Source: a virus (lineage: Duplodnaviria; Caudoviricetes). From it: 64,000 bases of DNA. Of the stretch, positions 28,715 to 38,112 are shown one piece after another. The notes below the pieces were generated by a model. The model worked only from the letters and a program-made list of their open reading frames with translations. It searched no databases and was not told where the DNA came from. Where the stretch lies: positions 512,001 through 576,000 of the IMG/VR virus record IMGVR_UViG_3300021431_000075; one strand, given 5' to 3'. The translations under genes were made by a program, and so were the position numbers. Each line of letters opens with the position of its first letter. Position 1 is the first letter of the stretch.

Positions 28715-29209
28715 TTATTTGAGGTACTTCTTGAACTTGTCAACAATCGGTTTCCAGTTGATTTCCTCTGTCTTGTAAACTTTCTTGAAGCAATGGAGAA
28801 TCGTATAGAAGAAGTCAATGACCTCGTCCATCGTCTTGAAGATGATTCTTGTGCTGATATAAGGATTTCCCATGCCGTTATCTATCAGGTCGAATCCGAT
28901 GTTCGGGTATTTGGTATCCTTAATCATTTTAATCAGTTTCTCGGTCTTGTTCTCGCCAAGAGAAGTGTTCATCAAGTCGAAATCATTCTTCGTGAGCTTG
29001 ATGGAAGAAAGAGGAACCGGCGCGAAAGTTCCGTTGTTGTCGTATTTCTTGTATGCTTTCGGACCGAGAACGTTCATGATGAAGTCTTTTCTACTCTCCT
29101 TTGACTTCTCTTCCGCTCTCTGCAGTGCCTTCGTGTTCTTGATGAGCTGGTTCATCTGCTCTGTGCTGTCGAAGTAAGATTCGACAAGCATGTGTATATA
29201 CTTGTTCAT
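28715..29209 (-). CDS. Hypothetical protein (164 aa) with a possible short propeptide MNKYIHMLVE|S
   Basis: ORF in the co-oriented run. Confidence 0.6.
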   Translation of the reverse strand: MNKYIHMLVESYFDSTEQMNQLIKNTKALQRAEEKSKESRKDFIMNVLGPKAYKKYDNNGTFAPVPLSSIKLTKNDFDLMNTSLGENKTEKLIKMIKDTKYPNIGFDLIDNGMGNPYISTRIIFKTMDEVIDFFYTILHCFKKVYKTEEINWKPIVDKFKKYLK

Positions 29210-29221
29210 TGTCGTTCAATT

Positions 29222-30217
29222 TTAAAATTCATTTCCTAAAATCCCGCTTGTTGAGATTCTCCTGTCTGCTCCGCTGTTGTTGTCGGAAACCACGAGATAT
29301 TTCTCGTAGCCGATGGTTAGTTTCACGATGAACTTCCTGACCAAATCCTCATATTCGCCAGAATAGTATTCATCGTCATAATCATCGCTTGCTCTGTACT
29401 CGTCTCTTGCGCTGTCGATTGCGTCAACAAGGGCAAGCAGGTCTTTCCAAGAAGATATGATGATAGATGGTTCTATTGAAACTTCATCGTCAGAATCAAA
29501 CTCAATTACAGCATCATTATGACCGTACATCTCGCATATCATCTTGACAAACTCGATGTCGAACTCGTCTGTTCCTGTCATAATCTCTGCAAGACCGGAG
29601 TCCGTCTTGATTGAAGTTATCTCGCAGAAGTCATCTTCATACTTGTGGTTGTAGAATTTGTCGTCGTAGTACTTTGCCTCATAGTCTGTGAACTTGTACT
29701 CGTCGATGAGTCGTTCCCTTGCTTCGATTTCTTCAGGGTCGTTCATCTTCTCTATCTCGCTTTCCTGCAGTCTCAATGCAGACCATCCGAATTTCCTGTG
29801 AAAGTCGTTCTTGAATTCCTTTTCCATAATCTTGACTGTCTTTGGCATCAGGGCGACACGCTTCATCGTCTTGGAGTCGAATATCCAGACAAACTTCAGT
29901 GATGTGCCGCTGTTGTCTCTATATGTGAAGTTGCATATCGTCCCCTTGTGCTTCTTCTGGTCTCCGGCTCCGATGCCGGTAACAATGTCTCCGATATGCA
30001 TCTGTCCGTCATAAATCTTGTCATACTTCTTCTTCTGGTCCTTGTCGTTTCCTCTTTGAGAGAGATTCGTTGACAATGGAACAAGATTGTACTGGAAGCC
30101 CCAGTTGTACGGAGTCTCTCCATAAGGAGAGTTGATTCCGTAACCGTAGCCTTCAAGCATTTTGTTCACCTGACTGTATATCTTGTCTTGTATGTTATCT
30201 TTGATGGACATTGACAA
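29222..30217 (-). CDS. Hypothetical protein (331 aa), possible head protein
   Basis: KMLE|G and LQE|S sites; likely start is the MSIKDN ATG. Confidence 0.6.
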   Translation of the reverse strand: MSMSIKDNIQDKIYSQVNKMLEGYGYGINSPYGETPYNWGFQYNLVPLSTNLSQRGNDKDQKKKYDKIYDGQMHIGDIVTGIGAGDQKKHKGTICNFTYRDNSGTSLKFVWIFDSKTMKRVALMPKTVKIMEKEFKNDFHRKFGWSALRLQESEIEKMNDPEEIEARERLIDEYKFTDYEAKYYDDKFYNHKYEDDFCEITSIKTDSGLAEIMTGTDEFDIEFVKMICEMYGHNDAVIEFDSDDEVSIEPSIIISSWKDLLALVDAIDSARDEYRASDDYDDEYYSGEYEDLVRKFIVKLTIGYEKYLVVSDNNSGADRRISTSGILGNEF

Positions 30218-30253
30218 CTGATGCTTTTTGATAGTTGTTAAATTGCTGATTTT

Positions 30254-30802
30254 TTAGTCGTTCGGCTTGCAGATTCTGAACAAATATACATACTTGTGAA
30301 TAGTCTCAATGAATCCGGAAGTGGCATTTCTACATCCTTCGTACTCGATGTCATCGGTGTGACACTGGAACCAGTTGTTCACGCAAATCTTGAGCTCGTT
30401 GATGATTTCAAGCGGATTCTCTGAAATCGGAAGTTCAATCTTGTTGAACTGCTTGTTGTTTGCAGAGAACTGACCGATAATCGACTGGATGTTCTCGGCA
30501 ATAGTGTCGATATATTCTGACAACTCTTCGAAGAATTCGTCGATTGCCTTGTGCATAGACATGTTCTCCGCTGCCCAGTGAAGAATCTGGAACTTCTCCT
30601 TGAATGCTATCAACTTTGTAACATACAGAATGTCATCGCATTGCTGTTCTGTGCAACCGATTTCCTTGCAGTCGTCGCACACGCATTTCACGTCAGCGAC
30701 ATACTGAACTTCCTCAGGAGTTATATTCTGCGTGATGTAACGAACTGCTTCCTTTGACATCAGCGGAGAATACTGTGGATTGTTGTATTGGTCCATTATC
30801 AA
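30254..30802 (-). CDS. Ferritin-like four-helix-bundle protein (Dps/DUF5856-like)
   Basis: QILHW...HKAIDEFFEELSEYIDTIAE and HKYVYL, matching the Dps-like ferroxidase pattern. Confidence 0.65.
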   Translation of the reverse strand: MIMDQYNNPQYSPLMSKEAVRYITQNITPEEVQYVADVKCVCDDCKEIGCTEQQCDDILYVTKLIAFKEKFQILHWAAENMSMHKAIDEFFEELSEYIDTIAENIQSIIGQFSANNKQFNKIELPISENPLEIINELKICVNNWFQCHTDDIEYEGCRNATSGFIETIHKYVYLFRICKPND

Positions 30803-30909
30803 AAATGATTATTTTTCAATGTTCAACTTGCGATAAATTGCCGCATAGAATTGTATATTATAAGATATTTATCTTTGCGGAAAACAATCGCTGATTTCTT
30901 GACAACAAA

Positions 30910-30941
30910 AAGAGCGGAAACTCTATTGAAGTTCCGCTCTT
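30910..30941. terminator. Terminator after the tail sheath gene
   Basis: AAGAGCGGAA/TTCCGCTCTT stem with a T-run on the minus strand. Confidence 0.7.
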
Positions 30942-30964
30942 CCAAAATATTATAATTTCTAAAA

Positions 30965-33900
30965 TTATGCTGGAATATCTGTATGCTTGCGCAGACGGAT
31001 TCTGTTCACGATTCTCTCCATTCCGTGACCGACTACCACGTTGATGTCAACGATACCGAGATACTGGTCGATGATTTCGGCGGTGTTGTTTGTCTCGTCG
31101 CAGATGAGCTCGTACCAGTCGATTGCGCCGGAAAGCTTCATTGCCTCGAGAATCGGAGTGATTGCAGTCACGATTGAAGCGCGAGTCTGCGGGTTGTTGT
31201 ACTTGAAGTTGTAAGTCTTAAGTACGTTGTACACTGCGATTTCAAGAGTGTTGAGAGTTTCACGGGTATTCAGCTTGTTGAAGTCTGACTTCGTCTCCTG
31301 ATAGCAAGTCTGGTTTCCGTAAATCTTGATGAGGTTGTTCTCGCGGATGAGAGAGTTGATGCCGATTGGCTCCAGATAGTCTCTATCTTCCGTATCGAGG
31401 TCGCATTCAAGACCGATAACCTTGTTGTTGCTGATGACGCCGTCCATGTTAGCCACGATTGCATAAGGGTCGCCGCCCTGGAACTTGTGCATGAACGTGT
31501 TGGAAATGTCAGCTGCAGGCGGAACGATGATGTTATGACCGTTCTCCCTGTAAATCAGGTGAGGGAAGAACACTGCGCTGTACTTGGAACCGTTTGCCTC
31601 AGTGTTGATGACACTGAACATCTTGGTGCTGTACATGTCAGGGTTTCCGCCTTCAGCGATGTACTTGGTGCTGAACGATGGCTTAACATAAGTGTTCGCG
31701 TCATATGTAGCGCAGAAGCAAGGGTCGCTTGAAATCTCGAACTGATGCTTGCTTGGAGCATTGAGAAGAGCAGTCGTCTTTTCTCTGTTGTATGCGAGAC
31801 GTGCAAGATAGACCTTGCCGCCAAGGTTGTCATCAAGACCGTATGACATGGAGTCTACAATGTAGCGGTAGTCAACCATGTTGCTGTTGCAGAGACCTCT
31901 TTGGATTCCCTCGTCCTCAAGAACCGAGTAAATCTTCTTGATACCCTCGTTGATGCTGATTCTTCCGTTCTCGTCATAGCCCGGACGGTGACGTGCCGAT
32001 ATGTGGAGTCCCTTGAGCGGGATGAAGCGGAGTGACTTCGAAATTGCATCGCTGCTGATAGGAAGCTGTCTGCGGATGATGTTGCCGTTGCTGATATAGA
32101 CCGGATCTATTGTCGTGAACAGATAGAAGCCGCGCTTTCCGTTCTTCGTGGAGATGACACCCTTGGTTGCATCGTACTTGTAAGTCTGACCGCCGTATGT
32201 GAACACGTTGCTTGAAGTCAGGTTCACGAAAATCTTCTTGGTTACGCGAGTGATGCCCGGAATGATGCCGAACTTGGTTGCATCGCCATTGTTGTTGTTG
32301 ATGGCAATGTTTTCTACAAAGTCGCCAACTGTGATTTCAGCAGCATCATCAAGAGTGGTTACGATGAACATGTTTCTAATGTCCTTTGGAACCGGATTCT
32401 CGTTGAAGAACGTGCTTGTGTCTGCAAGTGTTACAGGGTCGTTGATTGTAGAGCTGTTCTTCTGACCGTTGAAGTAGTAGGCATTCCTTACATTGCAAGT
32501 AACGTTGTTGTCATCTGCAGAGTTGCTTACATAGTTGTAAGAGAGGAAGTTGATACCGTATTTCTTTGCAGAGTTGTCAGTTGTGCGAGTATATATATTT
32601 CCCTTTGGCAGTGTTCCGGTAGATGCATTGATGAGATACTCCTTACCATTGTAGTAGAATGTGTAAACTGAGCTGTCAGTTGTTGCAGTATCAGGAATCT
32701 TCACGCCGACTGGAACCTGCGTGGTCATATCAACGATTGTCTCGTCAACAACCTCAGGCGTATTGTCTGCACCGTTGCGGACAGAATATACATAAACCTG
32801 CTTTGTCGAAGTGTTCATGGAAGCATAGTTTCCGTAGAATACAGATGCGTTCTCGTAGAAATCCTTGTATGACTTCTTGTTGATTTTCACAGAAGTAACG
32901 CCTGCTGGCAATGCCTGAGAAACCGTGCTTGCATTTGCCGTTCCGTCTTCCTTATAAATCTTAAGAGCCTTGATGCTTGCATCGCTGATGCTTTCTGCTC
33001 TATCGGCAGAGATTGCAACATACTTGTAGCCTCCGTCCTTAAGTTCAATGATTCTATTGGTTGATGCATCATAAACCGGATAAAGTCTCAAAGCGGAACC
33101 GCTTGCTGCATTGTAGTCGCCAGCACTCTTTGTTTCTGTAACAATCTTAGGATACTTCACGGATGCATTTTCCTTTGCGGTGCCGACTGAAGCATTGTCA
33201 AGATAATAAACGCTACCATCAAGGTTGCCTGTGCTCGCATCGAATATGATGGACTTGTACTTCTTTGTAAGCTCGCTAATCTTGGACTTGGAACCGCCTG
33301 CCACGCCGTTTCTGAAGTTGTGACCGACCATATCAATCAAGAAGCCGTTCTCGCCGATTTCAGACTCGCCTGCGTCGGAATCAGCCTCGTTGTTGCCGTC
33401 ATAGTCATAAACCCAGCAGCCTGTACCTGTCTGCTGACCGGTTGTCAAGTCTACGCCGTTCTTGTCGTAAGAGATAACCTGCATGGCATCCTCGTTGATG
33501 GTCATCAAGATGCCGGTAGATTCAGTCTGTGCGTTAACCTTGTCAAGAATGTACCAGTAGTTGCCCTGCTTGTCTGTGAAGTCCGGAATAATCGAACCTG
33601 TCCAAGAACCGATGAACGTAACGCCTTCTGCCTGCGAGAACTGGAAAATCTTGTCCTTTCTGATACCCTTTGAATCGAAGTAGTTGCCCCAAGTCGAGTC
33701 AGAAGAAAGAATAGGATAGTTGGACCAGTTGCCCTTTACAGCAACAACGCGGATGAAGTAGTCGGACATGTAGTCTGACGGACGAATCCATCCGAACGGA
33801 ATGTTCTCTTCTCCGCCGTACCAGTCCTTTGCTGTCACGTCATAACCTGCAAAGCCCTCTGGCTTATATACAAGAAGTGAAACTTCATCTGTTCCTGTGT

Positions 33901-34519
33901 TGGCGAAGTTGATAAAGTTGGACTTCTCGAAGTTTCCAACCATCGTCTTTCCGGCAACACCAAGACCAACGGAAGCGACCTGCATCAGATTTGCAGCTGA
34001 AGGAATCCAGAAGCGGGAACGGTCGAACATGGAAGCATATGGAGCCTTTCCGACGAAAGGAATGACATTGCCGGTTGATGTTCCGTAAATCTCATTGTCA
34101 ATCGTGTCAGCAAGATAGTCAACTTCTCCGTAAACAAGACCTGGATCCGTAACAGCAGGGTTCTTCGCGCCTGCGTCAAGAGAAAGAGCAACATAGTTGA
34201 CCTGATCCGGACCGTCATAGCTGTCATCGACCTTCAATAGATTGAGTGCGAGAATTGGACTATTCTCAAGCATCGTCTGTGCTGCACGGTTGAAGAAGCA
34301 GCCCTTCTTCTCCAGCTTGGAATCAATATCGCCGAACAACTTCTGTCTCTGTGCATCATTCTGAATATACACAGGTCTATTGAAAGGACCCTTACCAGCA
34401 AAACCCACAAGAAGACGAAGCGCAGAAACCTGTGTTTCAATACGCTGCGACTCATCAATCTCGATGGTATAAATACCTGCGGATTTTATTGATGAAAGGT
34501 CGAGTGAAATTTTACTCAT
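30965..34519 (-). CDS. 18: Contractile tail sheath protein (T4 gp18-like) with large insertions (1184 aa)
   Basis: N-terminal SAGIYTIEID...GFAGKGPFNRP; C-terminal VPPAA, IYGNQT, FKYNNPQTR, CDETNNTAEIID. Confidence 0.92.
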   Translation of the reverse strand: MSKISLDLSSIKSAGIYTIEIDESQRIETQVSALRLLVGFAGKGPFNRPVYIQNDAQRQKLFGDIDSKLEKKGCFFNRAAQTMLENSPILALNLLKVDDSYDGPDQVNYVALSLDAGAKNPAVTDPGLVYGEVDYLADTIDNEIYGTSTGNVIPFVGKAPYASMFDRSRFWIPSAANLMQVASVGLGVAGKTMVGNFEKSNFINFANTGTDEVSLLVYKPEGFAGYDVTAKDWYGGEENIPFGWIRPSDYMSDYFIRVVAVKGNWSNYPILSSDSTWGNYFDSKGIRKDKIFQFSQAEGVTFIGSWTGSIIPDFTDKQGNYWYILDKVNAQTESTGILMTINEDAMQVISYDKNGVDLTTGQQTGTGCWVYDYDGNNEADSDAGESEIGENGFLIDMVGHNFRNGVAGGSKSKISELTKKYKSIIFDASTGNLDGSVYYLDNASVGTAKENASVKYPKIVTETKSAGDYNAASGSALRLYPVYDASTNRIIELKDGGYKYVAISADRAESISDASIKALKIYKEDGTANASTVSQALPAGVTSVKINKKSYKDFYENASVFYGNYASMNTSTKQVYVYSVRNGADNTPEVVDETIVDMTTQVPVGVKIPDTATTDSSVYTFYYNGKEYLINASTGTLPKGNIYTRTTDNSAKKYGINFLSYNYVSNSADDNNVTCNVRNAYYFNGQKNSSTINDPVTLADTSTFFNENPVPKDIRNMFIVTTLDDAAEITVGDFVENIAINNNNGDATKFGIIPGITRVTKKIFVNLTSSNVFTYGGQTYKYDATKGVISTKNGKRGFYLFTTIDPVYISNGNIIRRQLPISSDAISKSLRFIPLKGLHISARHRPGYDENGRISINEGIKKIYSVLEDEGIQRGLCNSNMVDYRYIVDSMSYGLDDNLGGKVYLARLAYNREKTTALLNAPSKHQFEISSDPCFCATYDANTYVKPSFSTKYIAEGGNPDMYSTKMFSVINTEANGSKYSAVFFPHLIYRENGHNIIVPPAADISNTFMHKFQGGDPYAIVANMDGVISNNKVIGLECDLDTEDRDYLEPIGINSLIRENNLIKIYGNQTCYQETKSDFNKLNTRETLNTLEIAVYNVLKTYNFKYNNPQTRASIVTAITPILEAMKLSGAIDWYELICDETNNTAEIIDQYLGIVDINVVVGHGMERIVNRIRLRKHTDIPA

Positions 34520-34546
34520 TGTTGAAATTACAATATTTTATTTTAT

Positions 34547-34554
34547 TATTTATC
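34547..34554 (-). promoter_or_regulatory. Late promoter GATAAATA (T4 TATAAATA-like); representative of ~16 copies
   Basis: The same octamer (or AATAAATA) lies shortly upstream of most structural genes on both strands. Confidence 0.75.
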
Positions 34555-34747
34555 TTTTGGCAAATCTCCGAAAGTCCATTTATAATGAATGGAAACTGTT
34601 CAACTCTTTTTCATTATAAGATATTTATTTGTGTGGGTTGTTTTTGATTAGTAGTTAAGTAAGTACATAAACAAGAAAAAGCTGGCTGCATCAGGGTTTT
34701 AATCTGATAACAGCCAGCCGGCAAAAAAAGAAAATGACAGTTATAAC

Positions 34748-35467
34748 TTATTTCTTTTTCAATAGAGGAATGTATATGACAATGCCATTATTGTTTTTTT
34801 CATCTCTCTGAACATATAGTTCTGAAACTCCGATTTTCTTGGTAACAAGTTCTTTGATGTTTTCAATAGCATCGCTTCTCAAGTCATAGAAAACAGCAAT
34901 GTCCTGAGGAATCCTTAGTTCAACCGCATGCGGAACTACTCCAGTACCGCGGATGATTGTATACTTCTTGTTCGGACCGGTTTCACTTAAAGAATTCTCG
35001 ATGTAATCGCATATCTTGTTGATTTTGTCAAGCTGCTTGTTTTGCTGCTGCTCTTTCTTAATATCTTCTTCGATTTCATCAAGAAGCTTTTCACGAATGG
35101 TTTTCTTGGATTTGGATGGCGTGTCACCATCTTGCTTTTTGTTGCAAGGTTTCAAGTTGCAGTTATTGTTCTCGGAGCACTTGTCGCAGCATGGTTCCTT
35201 GAAGTCATCAACAAAGCCGGTTTCTTTCTGTTCATCCGTATTGTCTTTGGTTTCATCCGAAGAGAATGCATCAATAATTTCTTTCAGGAAATCTGCGGCA
35301 ATATCTTCAAATTCGTTCAGGTCAATTTTGATTGTATTGACTTTCACGTCTTTTCTTGTGTCATTTGAAGTTGCTTTCTTTTCATCTTTTTTTGATGAGT
35401 TTCTTTCATTGATTGCTTCAATAGCCGTAGCGAGCAAATCAAAGATATTATTTACATTACTGTTCAT
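34748..35467 (-). CDS. Hypothetical protein (239 aa)
   Basis: ORF following the primase; terminator hairpin at 34681-34718. Confidence 0.6.
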   Translation of the reverse strand: MNSNVNNIFDLLATAIEAINERNSSKKDEKKATSNDTRKDVKVNTIKIDLNEFEDIAADFLKEIIDAFSSDETKDNTDEQKETGFVDDFKEPCCDKCSENNNCNLKPCNKKQDGDTPSKSKKTIREKLLDEIEEDIKKEQQQNKQLDKINKICDYIENSLSETGPNKKYTIIRGTGVVPHAVELRIPQDIAVFYDLRSDAIENIKELVTKKIGVSELYVQRDEKNNNGIVIYIPLLKKK

Positions 35468-35498
35468 TTGAATGAATTGTTTTTAATGATTTTCTAAA

Positions 35499-36638
35499 TT
35501 AAATAGACATGCCCAAGTCATCGAGATATATCAAGTCAAGCGGATTGTTCGAGAAGTACTTAATCCAGTCTATCTTGAAGTTGTTCCAGCCATATGTCGA
35601 TACCATGTACTTGATGATGTCATTCACGTCCCATTTGCTCTGCTTTGGAAGATTCAAGTCTTTCTTGAGCTTTCCCCACAAGAATATGTTATACTTCTTG
35701 TTGATTGCCGCTATTGCTTGTTTCTTTCCGGTAGCGTCAGAGTCGTACATATAATACAATGAGGAAATTGAGATCGGAATCTTCTTGTTTGCTCCGCTCG
35801 TAGCGATTGCATTTGGAAGCAGGAATGCATCCATCGGACCTTCCGTCACGATAATTGGCTTGTATATATCAACATTGAACAGGTCGAACAGAGTGCTTAA
35901 AGACTCAAGCTGGTCCGGAACCTTGACTGTGTCGCGTTTCAGAATATTCTTGTATATCTTGCTTAATGTCAATGTCTTGAATCTCCGGTCTTTCGGAATG
36001 TTCGGATTCAAGAAACGCATCTGGCATCCGATTACCTTGTTCTCGACAAGATTTAGAATGACGATTGCATTGCTTGACTGACTGTACATGAACTTGTTGA
36101 ACGAGAACTGGCATCTTCCGACAAGGTAGTCGTGTGCAGGCTTTGCATACCAGTCTTTTCCATCACACTCCCTCAGTCCTCCAAGGTCCCTGAACACGTT
36201 CCTGTCTATGCCGTACTGCAGTGCAAGTTCCTTGTTGAATAGGTCAAAGCCGGACTTTGTCTTGAATGACGTGTCAAACTCTGTCTTGTGCTCTTGGGAG
36301 TACTTGATGCCGGCAAGCGACAAGTCTGTGTCAAATTCCTGCATGAACTTTGTTATCGGAACGAATCTTGAGCAGTTGAAGCATTTGTAGTTTCCAGCCC
36401 ATTTTCCGTTCAGAAGGATATGACCGCGCTTCTTTGTCATGTTCGTCGCAGAGTCTCCGCAGTACGGACATGCAAAGTTGAGACCTTCTGTTGTCGTTAT
36501 GATTCTTTGCTTTTGAGGATAGTTCTGGAACCGCTTCTGAAGAATCTGACTGACTTTCTGATAAATCTCATTCACATATGATTCCGTGTTGTATGTGGAT
36601 ATGCTGGAGTCTAATGCAGACGCGTCGAACAAGTTCAT
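35499..36638 (-). CDS. 61: DNA primase (T4 gp61-like)
   Basis: Zn finger CPYCGDS...KRGH...YKCFNC; TOPRIM EGPMDA, YDSD, KWDVND. Confidence 0.9.
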   Translation of the reverse strand: MNLFDASALDSSISTYNTESYVNEIYQKVSQILQKRFQNYPQKQRIITTTEGLNFACPYCGDSATNMTKKRGHILLNGKWAGNYKCFNCSRFVPITKFMQEFDTDLSLAGIKYSQEHKTEFDTSFKTKSGFDLFNKELALQYGIDRNVFRDLGGLRECDGKDWYAKPAHDYLVGRCQFSFNKFMYSQSSNAIVILNLVENKVIGCQMRFLNPNIPKDRRFKTLTLSKIYKNILKRDTVKVPDQLESLSTLFDLFNVDIYKPIIVTEGPMDAFLLPNAIATSGANKKIPISISSLYYMYDSDATGKKQAIAAINKKYNIFLWGKLKKDLNLPKQSKWDVNDIIKYMVSTYGWNNFKIDWIKYFSNNPLDLIYLDDLGMSI

Positions 36639-36719
36639 TTTGTTTTTGCTTTTTTTTGAAAATAGTCCATCTCACTATGTTGAAAAGCAAGATGGACTAT
36701 TGACAGAAACCTTTGTTTG

Positions 36720-37931
36720 TTAGATAATTCCTTTGATGATGTCGTCGAGGTTTCCGAGACCGCCACCTGTTTCACCTTGAGGCTGTGGCTGTGGTTCGGG
36801 AGATCCGCCGAGACCGCCGAGAACATCGTTCAGATTGTCAAGCCCGTTTCCGGAGAAACCTGATGGTGGCTGCTGTGCTGGTGGGACTGGACCATATGGC
36901 TGGTCGCCGAAACCCGGAGCCTCGTTGATAGAAGGCATCTGCGGTTGTGGCGCAGGTCCGACAGGCTGTCCAAACTGTGGCTGTGCTGGTTGCTGCTGCG
37001 GTTGCGGCGCAGGGTTGATCGGCTGACCGCTGTTCATATTCACGATAGAACTTGGGTTAGCAGCAGGTTGCTGACCGTAGTTCACGCCCGGACCCATTCC
37101 GAACTGACTTGCAGCCGCTTGCATCGAAGCCTTAGGATTCTTAGAAATGTTCGCGCAAGTAATCGCGAAGTTTCTGTCATCATCTGTCATCGGATGATAC
37201 TTGTATGGTTCAAGAGACGGACCTTCTTCAAGCCATTTCTTAACTTGCTCGGCGAAGTTCTGATTAGCGATGTTTGTTTCGTTTACTGGAACATACTGAA
37301 TGCCGTTTGATGTCATAATAGGGCATTGTGCCTTTGTTCTGTCATCCGTACTGTCATAGAAAGCGCAAGCATCGAAGTTGTTAAAACCGGACTTTTCTTG
37401 GACTTTCAGGTAAAGATAGCGACCGTTCATCAGAGAGAACGGAGATACGGCAGAAACCATCGGGTTGCTCGGATTCATCTGGTCTGAGATGAGCGCGTAG
37501 ATTTTCTCGCCATAACGCCAGATTCTTAACTGGTTCACGAGAGTAGGATCAGACGGGCAGTCGAGAATCTGAATGATTGACGCATAGCGCATCTTTCTTG
37601 ACCAACCCTTGCTGTTCTCCTTAAGAACTGGGTCCGAACTGTTGCGCAAGTCGAAGAATGTCTGTGTGAAGATGGACGGCTCGTTCACCGTTGATGGGTC
37701 GTCAAGCTCTCTCTTTTCATGGGTGAGTGGATTCTCAAGCCATACAGTGTACTTGGAAACAACCGATTCAACCACATTCTTGATATACGGGATGAAGCGG
37801 ATTGTTGCCTTGAAAACATGGTCCGGAGACTTTTTGTAGGAAGGGGAGAACTCGATACTCGAGATGCTGTCTTTCCTAAGGTTGGCTCCGTCAACCTGAA
37901 CATTTGCATCAAATAAATTCTTGTCGTACAT
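36720..37931 (-). CDS. 32: Single-stranded DNA-binding protein (T4 gp32-like) with a long P/Q-rich tail
   Basis: ATIRFIP, IWRYGEKIY, PFSLMNG, KSGFNNFD; ends LDDIIKGII. Confidence 0.82.
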   Translation of the reverse strand: MYDKNLFDANVQVDGANLRKDSISSIEFSPSYKKSPDHVFKATIRFIPYIKNVVESVVSKYTVWLENPLTHEKRELDDPSTVNEPSIFTQTFFDLRNSSDPVLKENSKGWSRKMRYASIIQILDCPSDPTLVNQLRIWRYGEKIYALISDQMNPSNPMVSAVSPFSLMNGRYLYLKVQEKSGFNNFDACAFYDSTDDRTKAQCPIMTSNGIQYVPVNETNIANQNFAEQVKKWLEEGPSLEPYKYHPMTDDDRNFAITCANISKNPKASMQAAASQFGMGPGVNYGQQPAANPSSIVNMNSGQPINPAPQPQQQPAQPQFGQPVGPAPQPQMPSINEAPGFGDQPYGPVPPAQQPPSGFSGNGLDNLNDVLGGLGGSPEPQPQPQGETGGGLGNLDDIIKGII

Positions 37932-38055
37932 ACCTTAAAATTAAAACTACTAATATTTTATAATTAACATCATGTACATGGCAGTCTGCTTGTTCATCTA
38001 ACCCACTTGTTATAGTGACTATGATGTGTCAGAGAGCCAACCGATGTTTCAGAAA

Positions 38056-38084
38056 AGTATACTTTAAAGTTTCTATTTAGTTTA
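38056..38084 (-). promoter_or_regulatory. Phage middle-type promoter TAAACT-N17-TATACT
   Basis: Upstream of the SSB leader. Confidence 0.7.
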
Positions 38085-38112
38085 AACTTTTGGAGTTAAA
38101 AATTGTTAATGC

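Noticed and set aside
30830-30891. Imperfect hairpin enclosing the late promoter of the ferritin-like gene (T4-style RBS occlusion)
   Set aside because: The stem ends more than 30 nt upstream of the start codon, so it would not mask initiation; the pairing is weak.
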